NCBI RefSeq assembly: GCF_009914755.1
Contig: NC_060937.1
Source of the DNA: the human T2T-CHM13v2.0 reference genome, Homo sapiens
Direction: 5' to 3' (one strand)
Length of the DNA stretch: 64,000 nucleotides
Positions 30,716 through 44,026 of this stretch are shown here, piece by piece. A program made the translations under genes and the position numbers. How positions within the stretch are numbered: position 1 is the first letter of the stretch; the number at the start of each line of letters is the position of its first letter. The notes below the pieces were generated by a model. The model was given only the letters and a program-made list of their open reading frames with translations. It ran no database searches and was not told the DNA's origin.

Positions 30716-31238
30716 TGAGATAGGAATCAGACACAGGTGACAAGACCCCGCTGATAAAACAGGATGCAGTATAGAAGCCAGCCAAAACCCACCAAAACCA
30801 AGAGGGCAAGGAAAGCAACCTCTAGTCATCCTCATTACTCATTATACACTACTTATAATACATTAGCATACTAAAGGAACCTCCCACCAGCACCAGGACA
30901 GTTTACAAATGCCATGGCAACTTCCTGAAGTTACCCTACATGATCCAAAAGGGGGAAGAATCCTCATTTCCAGGACCTCCCCACCTCTTTCCCAGAAAAC
31001 ATGAATAATCCACCCCCTGTTCAGCATCTAATCAAGAAATAACCATAAGTATAGTCAGTCGAGCAGCCCCCAAATGCTACTCTGCCTATGGGGTAGCCAC
31101 CCTTTTATTCCTTTACTTTTTAAGAAACTTGCTTTCACTTTACTCTGTTGGCTCACTCTTGAATTCTTTCCTATGTGAAGCCAAACACCCACGTGGCCTC
31201 CGAGGCTGAGCCCCAGTTTGGGGGTTTACCCTGTGACA
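30716..31238 (+). mobile_element. ERV1 solo LTR, MER41 family (MER41C-like)
   Basis: gctgataaaacaggatgcagt...aaaacccaccaaaaccaag...cagtttacaaatgccatggcaac; TG...CA ends; perfect ATAG TSD (30712-30715 and 31239-31242). Confidence 0.9.
30989..30997. promoter_or_regulatory. GAS (STAT) motif TTCCCAGAA within MER41
   Basis: Matches TTCNNNGAA at the position of a MER41 GAS site; function untested. Confidence 0.45.
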
Positions 31239-31249
31239 ATAGTATAGAA

Positions 31250-31425
31250 CATCATTACTCACAGCGGAGTCTGCGGTCCCATAGTATCAGTGTCACCTGG
31301 GAGGGAGCTCATTAAAAAACGCAGAACCCTGGGCCATGTCTCAGACCTGTGGGGTCAGAACCCACATTTGAACAACATCCCCGGGTGATTCATGGCAATG
31401 TACACATTCAGGTTTGAGAAGCGCC
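31250..31425. mobile_element. MER5-family MITE
   Basis: agtatcagtgtcacctggg...gcagaaccctggg...gtgattc...tttgagaagc. Confidence 0.65.
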
Positions 31426-34161
31426 AGCCTCGTGGGAAAGGTGGGCTGGGACCTCCATTCAAATTCTGCCTTTGCCAGTTTCTAGCTGTGGCAGAGACAC
31501 AGAAGAGGGAAGGCTGTGAGGTCAGGCTGCCCACTTCACACACTACTGGTGTCCCACACATGCGAACCTATGGTCAAGATGTGTGCACGCTCTCAGCTTC
31601 CTCACCTGTACCCTGCAGACAATAATACGCCAACAACACTGGGTTGTTATGAGAATAATAAATCCAAATAAAGCACTTATCTGGAAAGTAGCAAGTGCTC
31701 AATAAATGCTAGATGCTAGTGATTTTTTCTTTAAATGGTATGATGTTGGACAAGACTCTCAACCTCTCTGGACCTCAGGTTCTGTAGTGAGAACATAAGA
31801 ACAATGATAACTAGTCCCTGGCCTGTGGGAAGGGTTAACAGATGTGTGCTGTATGGTCTGTAAACCTCTACAGAGATGATGATGCTGTTATCAGCAGCCT
31901 GTCAGAGGAAGAAGGATAGGTGTGAAGGTGATTCGTGCAGCCAGACCTGGCAAGAAGGCAAAACTCCTGATGGTGGGAGGAAGCTCTGACACGTGCTTGG
32001 GCCACTGAGGTTTTTCTGCAGCTCAGGGAAAATCAGACCACCCACAAATACGTGACGAGGTGAAAGGTCAGTGGGCTCATGTCACCCTGTCCTTTGTCTT
32101 ATTCTCTCCACCTCCACCTAGGGACTGGACTAGACCGCCCAAGAAGGGACATTTGCTTAGTGGCTGCTGGGTAAACAACAACTTTACAGGATTCTGGCCA
32201 GTGTGAAACAAGAAGCAACACAGGTTTTCTACCCCGCAGCTTGCCTCAGAGCCCCCCAAGACTTCTCTTTTGCTTTTCTGTCTCACTCCTCTCTTCTTCT
32301 GACATATCCAGTCCCTTTGTAATCTTGACTTTCCTCTGAGGGTGCCACCAACTGTATCTGGGATACATTTCCTTATTTGCGGGACCATGAGACACTCACT
32401 CACTGTGGCTTGTTTAGTGCCTGAGGGGCAGAAAAACTGACCCTAGATTTACGGCTGCTGCTGCTGCTGAGGAGACTTTGAAGGTTTCTGCAGCAAACAT
32501 CACCTTCTTTGTCTATCACAGCTCTGCTGGACAGAAGCACTGTGAGTCCCAACCCCAAGTGCCCTGTCAGGGCCAACATGTTAATGCAGCCACTACTGGA
32601 GGTCCCGAGAGGCCCGTCAAAAATCTGCCTAAGAATATGCCTCCATTTGGAAGGAAAGTGATCCATGTGGATACTTACCCCGCTAACTGATTTCTTCCTG
32701 GTGTTCTGCCACCACTTGCCTTTGAGAACTGAGTCCACAGCATCTCTTTTTTTGTCTTCCTGCTCCTCCAAAACAGCCTCCAAAACAGGATGTGTGTCCT
32801 GCATCCTCTAAAATTACAGTTGCAAAATTTAAGGCTCAGGTCAATGCTTGAGAAGTGTAAGCTCTGCCAAGCAAGGCTTTGCTTTTCCTTTTAATAATCT
32901 GTTTCCACATCTAGAACCATCCATAAAACCTTTGACAGCAAAATGCCCACCTCATAGAGATACATGTAAAATTTGAATTTTAGCCAGAGCAGAGATGCCA
33001 GCCCTGACCCTGATCCCCGGTCAGAGTCATCTGTCTCCTGAAGGAGGCCCTAAACCCTTGCCCTGCCCTGCCTGAGCTGTTCTATCATTTTTCGAGCTGG
33101 GTGAAGGACTCTTTCTGCCTCAGGAACAATATTAGTTACTGTTCAGGATAATGTACATTTGTGGTGCTCCAAGATATTACGTAATAATGCCCTGATGCTC
33201 TCTGGGAAGACAGAGTTCTGAAACCGACTCAACTATTTACTACTTCATGTGGAGAGGACTAGATTGCTTGGTGTATAGAAGTAGCACTCCTCTGGTCTCA
33301 ACGACCAGGTGCCAGTAGCTTCCTCCCTGCTGGGCAGCTGCAGATCCTCTTCCTTTTCAGAAAGCAAGAATGGCACAGCATGTTGGGAGAGTTGTTTCTG
33401 TAGCAGGCCATCCATTTGTGTGTGTAGGTTGGTCTCTCTAGCATCTTCTAAGGGGATTCCATGTCAGGAGGTGAGTTATCAGAAGGAAGGAGGGCCCTCA
33501 TGACTTTGTGCCCAAGTTGATGACCTGGAGCAGTTGACTGGCCCCCATTTGCCAGGGTGGGGTTGGCTTTGGGATCCTTCCCATGCTGCTGGTGACCCTG
33601 GCCCTGGTCAGTCCGGTGGGCAGCCCTGCTGTCCTGATCAGCGGGGAGGGGAGGCTCAGGTTCCATCCCCGTGGAGCAGCTCAGGCTGCTCTGAGACAGT
33701 TTTGTCCCTCAAAACAAAAGTGTTCCTTGATTTAAAAGAAAATGCTGGTCCCAACTCCTTAGTTTACTCTTTGTGGGTAACAAGCCTCCCATTCACTGTC
33801 CAGAGGGTCTCTTTCTCTGGGGCCTCAGAGAAGGCCTCATTGTTAGAAAACTAGAAAATGGCAATGTGGGACAGTGAGGCCCCGCGCTGCAAGCGCTCAT
33901 GGCACTTGAATAGTTGGAAACAAGCCCCTCCCTCTCCCCCAATAGAGACTTGCTCAGATTTGAGACTCCAAAGCTTTTTTTTCTTTTGTGATGTAGACTC
34001 TTGACTGTAGACTGTGTCAGTGTTTTCTGAGACCAGGTGAAAAATGGCTGCAATAAAAACAAGGCTTGGCTTTCCTTATTTATGATACTCCCCTGCACCC
34101 AGACACAAACAACTAAGTCTTCACAACCCTAAGGCAGAGTTACATAAAGAATAGGGAATCA

Positions 34162-34542
<381 letters not shown>

Positions 34543-35100
34543 TCAAGGCAGCAAATAATGTGTTACTTGGATAAGAATGAAATTTCCGTTGGTTTATTTT
34601 TGCTGCAGGTGCAGGGTAAGAAGGCTGTGGGCTAAACTATCCTTAAATCATGATAGCAGACAACATGCAAATAAACCAATTTTCAAGGGAAATGAAAACA
34701 CAAACTTTGAACTACACCCTCCCAGTCCTGTCCTTTCAACTTCCATTTCTTTGTGGGTGACTCTAGTGCCTATGTCTCTGGATGCTTCTCTCCAAGCTCC
34801 AGCTCTACCATCCTAACGTGTGCTGGGTTTGTCCAGCTGTGCATCCTGCTTTCCAAATTGATCGTGTCCCAGGCTGGACTCAGTCCTCCACTTCAGAATG
34901 GCACCTCCTCCTGACTTCCCTATTTCTACTGATGGCATCATTGCTAAATGTTTCCAGTTTTGTCTCTTCAGTAATTCCAGAATCTTCTCTTTCCTTGTGT
35001 GTCTACTACACAAGGTGAGACCTTATTACTGTTTCCCTTGACAATTCCAATAGGCTTGTAACTTGTCTATTCACATCCAGGCTTTTTCTACTATAGTCCT

Positions 35101-35425
35101 TTATTTTATTTATTTATTTATTTATTTAATTATTTCTTTTTTGAGATAGAGTCTCACTTTGTCACTTAGGTTGGAGTGCAGTGGTGTTATCACAGCTCAC
35201 TGCAGCCTTGACTTCCCTGGGCTCAATCGATCCTCCCACCTCAGACTCCAGAGTAGCTGGCACTACAGGCACACACCACCACACCAGATTAATTTTTGTG
35301 TTTCTTGCAGAGACAGACTTTTGCCATGTTGCCCAAGCCAGTCTTTAATTCTGGGACTCAAGTGATCCTCCTGCTTTGGCCTCCCAAAGTGCTGGGATCA
35401 TAGGCGTGAATCACAGTACCTGGCC
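35101..35425 (-). mobile_element. Full-length AluJ with (TTTA)n tail
   Basis: tcacagctcactgcagccttgacttccctgggctcaa J diagnostics. Confidence 0.95.
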
Positions 35426-37679
35426 TACCCCAATCCTTTCTACACAAATCATGGCAAATTACTTTTCCTAAAGCACAGCTACAGTGGCATAATTCTTGTG
35501 GTGGACACTTGTCATTTGTGCAGATCTGCAGAAGATCTTTGAACATCCTCCAATATTCTGGGTCATGCTTGCCTAAAGTATAAAGCTCATATTCCCAGAC
35601 TCCCTTGGAGCTAATGCTCAGGTATGTCATTTCAGTTCTATGAATCACAGTTACCTCGGGCTCCTGCAGGAGAGGTAGAACCAACAGTGAGTACTACGAG
35701 GGGGTACTGTGTATAGGGATCCATTCTTCTGTCAACTGCAGCGTGGGGTTTCCTGAGCCTCAGGAGTGTTAGTGAGGTGTGTTTTCACTACAGCAGCTCT
35801 TTTTACCTATCTTCAGAGCCTGACTGTTTAGCTCACCTGAAGATTCTATAAGCTAGTTTAATAAGAAGTTTGTTAACTTCTCTTTCAACTTGGACTAGGC
35901 AGAGTAGATTCTGTTGTTGGCAGCTAATAAACAGAAAATTTAAAAAGAAACACTGAATGGCTTTTCAGTGCCTAGTGAAATAAATATATGTTCCCAAGTC
36001 TGGTACCCAAATTTCTTCCTAAGAAGGTCTCAAACCCACAGGCCTTTCAAGCCTATCATATTTGTTTCTCTATTTCCTACTGGCGCTCTCTTACGTATGT
36101 GCCTTTCCTCCAACTTCATGATTTTTTCCCCTTTGATCTTAGTTTTTTTGCATTAGCTTCTACTTTTGTTTAACAACTTATTTGCTAAAACAACCACCAG
36201 GAACAAGGTTTTCATGATGAGGACATTTCAAACTCCAGTCTGCAGCTCTTTCCTCTTTGATTTTTAAACATCGAGATCAGCAGCTTCTAAGGTCAAAAAC
36301 ATGCTAATATATGTCCTATATAAATATGAAACCCATCAAATCTTGCTTGGGAGAAAACTCTAAAATATTAAGGGGAAACTTTATTATCATCAAAAAGCAT
36401 TTTTGATGATGTATTTTTGCACACCTTTCATTTTCTTCTCATATTCTCATATCTGTGACTTTGTCTATAACATCAAACATCTGAATGAAAAGTGAAAAAT
36501 TCAATCAAAGAAGTTTTTCATATTATGCAGATAAAATATCTGGAAGACAATTTATTCTTTTCTCCCATATGGTTGAACCAGTATAGGCATAGTCTGTGTC
36601 ATTTGCCAAGATAAGAACTTCCTTGTATCAGTTCATCCTTCACCATCATATGAATTTTTAAAAATCTTTAATTTTTGAGAAGCTCATTTTCCATCATTGA
36701 AAGACAAAGGCTTCACGGAACCTTTCAGACACCAATGGAAATGGATGCAATATTAATTGCAAGCTTGCCCCTTCCCAGCATTGCTTTTTTAATATTGGAA
36801 ATCATGACGCAGAGATTTCCCTTCATTCAGAAGAAGAAAAGGGAGTTTGGATCAGAACAGGATGCTCCTGGTTTTACTGAGCCCCGGGAGTATGGAAGTA
36901 ATTGCTCAAAATCAATGCTGACTCTCTGGAGAATGTGGTTTATGCAAGGCCTAGCTAGGCACCATTGTGCATTGTCTGCCTAAAGAGGCGAACGCTGCCT
37001 GTGACCGTGGCCTCGGCCTGGCTGATGGCACGCTGCTCACGCTGGCTCTGAACCACACCGTTCTCATTAGAAGCAACGGGAGGCCCTAGCAACTGCCATG
37101 GTTTCCCAGGTGATTGTAGCAGTACTGCCCCACTCCGTGTTGATTTTCAACACTCTATATGAGCTCTATTCACAGTTTAATAGCTTCTTTTCTCTTGGCA
37201 AAGAAAACATTTTCCTAAGGTCTGCAGTTATCATTGATACCAAATTCGTTTAAACTCATTATCCGTCTTCTTCACCCATTTTCACTCCCCAGGTCTGCCA
37301 CAAATATCACTCTGAATTGGCAGCATCAACACAATTGAAAACCTAAGTGTGCCAGTGATGAACACCAACAACTTTTACCCTATCAGATGACAGTTTTTTT
37401 GGATTACTTTTTAAAAAAGATTTTAGCCATATCAGTCTTTTTATATAGGTGGCAAAAGCCACAGAAATCTACTGCCAATATTTTCTATGTTAAGTCTTTA
37501 CTGATTGAATTTTAAAAAGAAAAGACAAAGCTCTTTTTAATTTATTTCAAATTAATTTAGGTTCTCTTTATTCTGCACAGATTAACTGCCATTACCATAT
37601 ATAGACCACTGTTTCTGTCTTCACAAACTTATTGGAAATTCCCATGATAACTCACTGTGTACATTAAGGGGCTGGCATT

Positions 37680-38068
37680 TTATACATATCATATATAACG
37701 TGTATATATATATATATATTATATATATATATATGAGACATTGCATATATGTTATATATCTAAGACATTATATGTTATATAAAACATATATTGTATATGA
37801 CACTATATAAGTGACATTATATAATATAGATATAAAAACATAAATATAAAAAATTATATCTATAATATATAAAAATTATATATAATATAAACATTATATA
37901 TTATTTGTAAAACAGATAAAATGTATTTGTAATATATAATAAAAAGCATTTATATAGTGAAATATTTATATTAAATACATCTATTTATAAATTAAATTAA
38001 TATATTTAGTTATAAATTAAATATATTTAGTAATAAAATTATTTAGTTATAAATAAATGTATTATTAT
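37680..38068. repeat. (TA)n and AT-rich low-complexity tract
   Basis: About 390 bp, nearly all A/T, with TA runs. Confidence 0.9.
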
Positions 38069-38468
38069 TGAGCCTTATGGAACAATTACTTGTTGGTTAG
38101 GAGGGAGTCATGTTGCATTTACTTCAAACTGTTAATTTTTTGGCCTCACAAGCACCAATAAGCTGGATATGATAACTTGGGGCTTGTTAGAGTCAATGAG
38201 AGTTTACAAAGGAGGCATTCACCATCTCTCAACATACTTCAGGAATGGTCAAGCTTCCCCACATGACCTAGATAACAATGTTGCTGAGGCAGATTAAATT
38301 GATTAACTGGTTAATCATCTACCCCATACATACTTGAACAAAACTGAAAATTTTGTCATCTGGTTGCCAGATGCTCTAGAGAAAATTGAGATGAAAACTC
38401 TGAATTTCAGTTAATACTTTAATAGTTTGGGCTTCATTATTTTACAAAGCTTTCTCAGGGATCAGATA

Positions 38469-38488
38469 TGTGTGTGTGTGTGTGTGTC
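38469..38488. repeat. (TG)n microsatellite
   Basis: About 10 TG units read directly. Confidence 0.9.
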
Positions 38489-39525
38489 CATATACATATA
38501 TATACATGTTACCTGACTCCCTGTTGGAAAATTTATTAAAACACAGCTTCTTTCAATTTAAACGACTGGAATACTACTCAGTTCTCCTCGCCATCCCCCT
38601 AATCAGGTGGTCTCTGCCTGTGTGTGCATGGGCACACTCCCACCCATTCTCTGGACGCTTGCATTCTCCCTGGACCCCATGCTTCTGCATCTTGCCTTTG
38701 CCATTTAGTGTCTACATTCCTGCTTCTTTCTCTCTTGGCCCCTAAGGTGCTCCTCTGCTGGTTGCTTTCTCTTCCCGGGCACTTCCCATCCCAGTGTTGT
38801 CATGGACAACTATTTGCCCTGGCTTCCTTCAGGCCGCCTGTGTGTTGCTTGTAGTGCTGGGACACCTGGCCTTGTTGGTCCTCAGTGGGCACGCGGGTAG
38901 TGTCAGGCAGAACATCAGCTATTAGGCAAGTGTGGTACAGACCCATTACCTTTCTGGCTGAGTGAGGAAGACAGCACTTCCTGCCACTAGTTTGGCCTCT
39001 GTCTGCAGGGAACATGAGCCAGCCCAGCCACTTTCTGCATGTAAGGAGGCAGCAGCACGGGGAGAAGGTGAAATAAAGTGCCAGCTCATGACTGCAGAGT
39101 CCCTTGCTTATTCCTGCATTCACCTCCTCTATTCTCACCATGTCATACCGGGACCATACAAGCAGGTAGAGGTGGGAGAAGCAGAACAGAGAGAACCATA
39201 TACAATAAAGGGGAAAAGGCCTGGGGGTGATGGGTCAGTTGATTTGATTTCATATATAGTCATAGCAGCTCTTCTATACAAAGGCAGAAAAACATCAGAA
39301 TACAGGAGCAAGGTGAGACAGGGAGCAAATGCAGAGAAATCCAGGCTAGAATAAAATACTTTTTAATATTCTGCCCTTCCTTTCCATGAGAGAGTCATGC
39401 CCTTGGGTAGAATGCTGAGTATATCTTGTTTCAGCACTGTTCTTCAAACGGGGTCCCTACCCATTAGTAGATTTGCAATCAATCTAAGGGCTAAGAACCA
39501 ACTACTTCAAAATTCATATATACAA

Positions 39526-39900
39526 GGCCAAGCAGAGTGGCTCATGCCTGTAATCCCAGCACTTTGGGAGGCCAAGGTGGGCAGATTGCTTGAATCCAGG
39601 AGTTTGAGACCAGCCTGGGCAATATGAAGAGACCCCATCTCTACTTAAAAAAAATAATAATAATTAGTGGTGAGTGGGGCGCATGCCTGTAGTCCCAGCT
39701 ACTTGGCGGGGGGCGGGGGGGAGGTGGAGGGTGGTACTGAGGTGGGAGGATCACTTGAGCCTGGGAGATCAAGGCTGCAGTGAGCCCTGATCACGCCATG
39801 ACACTCCAGCCTGGGTGACAGAGTGAGACCCTCTTTTGAAAAGAAAAGATTCAAAAGAAAAGAAAAGAAGAGGAAAGGAAAGGAAAAGACAAGACAAGAC
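39526..39900 (+). mobile_element. AluJ with G-rich internal insertion and pentanucleotide-repeat tail
   Basis: Alu body; insert at ~39705-39735; tail (GAAAA)n(GGAAA)n(GACAA)n. Confidence 0.93.
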
Positions 39901-39902
39901 AG

Positions 39903-40020
39903 TTTTTAGAGATGGGGTCTTGCTATATTGACCAGGGTGGCTTCCAACTCCTGGGGCTGAGCAATCTTCCTGCCTTGGCCTCCCTAGATGGGACTATGGG
40001 CACATGCCACCATGCCCTGC
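39903..40020 (-). mobile_element. Alu monomer (FLAM-like)
   Basis: agagatggggtcttgctatattgaccagg...gccaccatgccctgc. Confidence 0.85.
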
Positions 40021-40047
40021 TTAAAATATTTTTTATTGAAGTATAAT

Positions 40048-41190
<1,143 letters not shown>

Positions 41191-41630
41191 GTTTAGAATA
41201 ATGCACATAAATCTCAAATGTATAACTCTGATTTTTTAACATGTGTATATACCCATGTAACCAACACCCAAATCATGATATAGAACATTTCCATCACCCC
41301 AGAAGGTTCCTTAAAGTGACTGTCCAGTCAGTATTCACCCACCCCTAGAGGCAACTTCTATCACCATAGATTATTTTGCCTATTCTTAAGCACTGTATAA
41401 GTGAAATCACACAGTGTAAACTCTTTTGTCTGGCTTCTTTCACTCAAACATTATGTTCTTATGGTATGAGTTTACTCTTGTTTAAAATAGCTGTATGGTA
41501 TTTTATTGTATGACAACACTATACTTTTAAAAATTAATTCTACCATTGACTAACAATGAGTTCTTTCCAGTTTTGTGGTATTATATTGCATATTCTTTCA
41601 TGGACATAGTCACTTATTTTCCTTGGGTAT
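41191..41630 (-). mobile_element. Old L1M 3' region (also 40028-40047 and ~42015-42092)
   Basis: tagaacatttccatcaccccagaaggttcc...ctcttttgtctggcttctttcactca. Confidence 0.8.
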
Positions 41631-42014
41631 TGTCAAAGTCAGAATAAAAAGGTAGAGACGAATATATTTAATGCTTTCCTTGGGAGGAAAGAATTGCAAT
41701 TCAGGGGATACACACAGACTGGGTGGTCTTTGGTAGGTCTGAAGAACAAACGAAGGATGGAGGTTTTGTAGGAAAGAGAAATGTTACATATTACTCTTCG
41801 AGAAAGTTCATTGACACTAGGATGGTTTTGGGGAGCTGGGAAGCTCTCATCTGTGGGCGACAGCAGCGGGCAAAATTGGTCCTAGAGTTGAATAAGTTAT
41901 TTCAGCAGTTACAGATAAAACCTGTCTCAGGTTACAACAGACAGTTTCAGCAGCCAGACTTGCAGAGAATTCCATTTCTAGAACAGTGTTATGTGACTCG
42001 AGTGCTTTTTCCCC
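41631..42014 (-). mobile_element. ERV1-class LTR (MER4 group, possibly MER67-like), one end apparently lost
   Basis: Begins tgtca and interrupts the L1 motif cttgggtat|cctaggagtagaatggctggg. Confidence 0.55.
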
Positions 42015-42094
42015 CTAGGAGTAGAATGGCTGGGTTCTGGGGTAGGGGCATATTTAACTTTATTAAATACTACCAAAGAACTTTTCAAAGCTGA

Positions 42095-42319
42095 CTTGTT
42101 CAGTACAATAGCCACTGGCCCATCCTCATGGCTTTTTAAATTTAAATATGGCTATTTACCTTTAAATGTAATTTTATTTAAAGTAAAATTAAAATTCATT
42201 TCTTCAATGCTCGTTAGACATTTCAAGTGCTCAATAGACACACGTGGCTGGTAGATTCTGTAACGGACAGTGGCGCTATAGAACGTCTCCATCATCACAG
42301 AATGTTCTGGAACAGTGAT
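42095..42319 (-). mobile_element. MER3-family MITE
   Basis: catttcaagtgctcaatagacacacgtggct...tagaacgtctccatcatcacagaatgttct. Confidence 0.8.
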
Positions 42320-43675
42320 GTTCCCAGCTGACTTGCAGCATGTTTCAAAAAACAAAATCAAATAGAAAACATCAGAGTGCATCATACGCAATAAGGATAA
42401 CTATTGTTTCACGAGCCCTTTGTTTCAGTAATATACATATGGAAGCGTGCGCCTGGTTGTAGTCAACCTGTGTTTCTTATCATGTGGCATAGTAACGCGG
42501 CGATTATGGGGGCAGGTTTTTGTTATCTTTGGCCGGAGATGTGAGGAGCAGCAGAACGGGGAATGGGAGGACCATGAGGGAAGTAGATAAATACTTTTTT
42601 AGATCAAATAAGATTTTATTTAGCCTAATGTTTTTAAACCTAATGCTTTTTAAATCTAATATTTTGTGCAAGACTGTATAGAGTATAAATTAATTTCTTC
42701 TTTTTTTCCTCCACCAGTATGAAGTAGTGAAAAAGTTAATTTCTGTAAGTATATATTGCCTCCAGTAAGGTTATTCTTCCAAATGATTAGGGGACACTGT
42801 GCTGTACAGCTATACATGTTGTTCTCAGCTTTCTATCCCCATCCTGGCCCATTGCATCCACTCCCTCTGTGAGAGTTTATTGGTCATGCATGGGGCTGGT
42901 TCAAAGAATTGCTTCAGTGACCACTGGGTACATCCAGGATGTTGTGAAGTACCGTGTTACCCAAAAGAAAACTGCCTCTGTAAAGTCACTGTCAATGATA
43001 GGTGAAATGTCAAATTAACTTTGCATGCTTTAAAACTCGGATTGTGTGCCATATGGTCACCTCTTCTTCTGGTAGTAAAGTACATTGCAGATGTACTTTG
43101 AAAGCACATTAAATATAAAGAGTACCCCCCAATTATTTTGAATTTACAAGATGTTCTCAATATGAAATTATTGTTTTAATTAGTGAACAGTGATTCTTGC
43201 ATGGTTTTAATAGTTGAAAATATGCATAACCAGAAATAAAAAATTAAACAATTTTTCAAAGTATCCTGAGCAAAGTTACACAAAACTCTTATTGACTTTT
43301 GCACACTTGTGAAGATAGCATCAACCTCCAAGTCTGGTCTGGAGAAAGCCAGTCTCAGTTGATGACCTCATGTGGGTAGGAAGGTCCCAGTGATCTTGGG
43401 AAACATTTCATCCTGGGTTACCCTCAGCCTGGATGCCTTGGCATAATGATTTGATTCCAGAGGCAGGTTTGCTCCATCCACAGTGTGCCAAATCTTGCTG
43501 GAGATGTCAGACCACATGGAGGATGCAGCATCATCCAAGTCCAAGGGCATGTTGTGAAAATCAACTCAACTGAAGATGTTGAAGATTTGGTATAAAGATC
43601 TTTCTCATCTACTGACATTTTCTTTCACCTCAAGAATATCAATAGTGAAGCCTTTCCTTGATAGATGTATTCTGG

Positions 43676-43765
43676 AAGGTGGAGCTTGCAGTGAGTGGAG
43701 ATCGCGCCACTGCACTCCATCCAACCTGGGCGCAGAGCGAGACTCTGTCTCAAAAGAAAAAAAAA
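43676..43765 (+). mobile_element. Short Alu 3' fragment (AluY-like)
   Basis: ggagcttgcagtgag...gatcgcgccactgcactcc...gagcgagactc plus A tail. Confidence 0.88.
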
Positions 43766-43780
43766 TAGTCATGCACATAA

Positions 43781-43930
43781 ATTTTGCTTTTTGTTTTTAG
43801 AGACAGGGTCTAACTGTTTTTCCCAGGTTGGAGTGTAGCAGCTACTCACACGGACAATCATAGCTCACTGTAGCCTCGGATTCCTGGGCTGAAGCAACTC
43901 TCCTGCCTCAGCATCCCAAGTAGTTGGACT
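43781..43930 (-). mobile_element. Fossil Alu monomer (FAM-like)
   Basis: gcagctactcacacggacaatcatagctcactgtagcctcgg matches FAM-type gctattcacaggcgcgatcatagcgcac. Confidence 0.75.
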
Positions 43931-44026
43931 CTATACATTGAATAAGAGTTCCTCTTGCCTAATAGCTTTATAAATGCTTATTCCTGATTGCTCTTTAATA
44001 AGTAGTCTCCCAACACTTTAGCTTCT

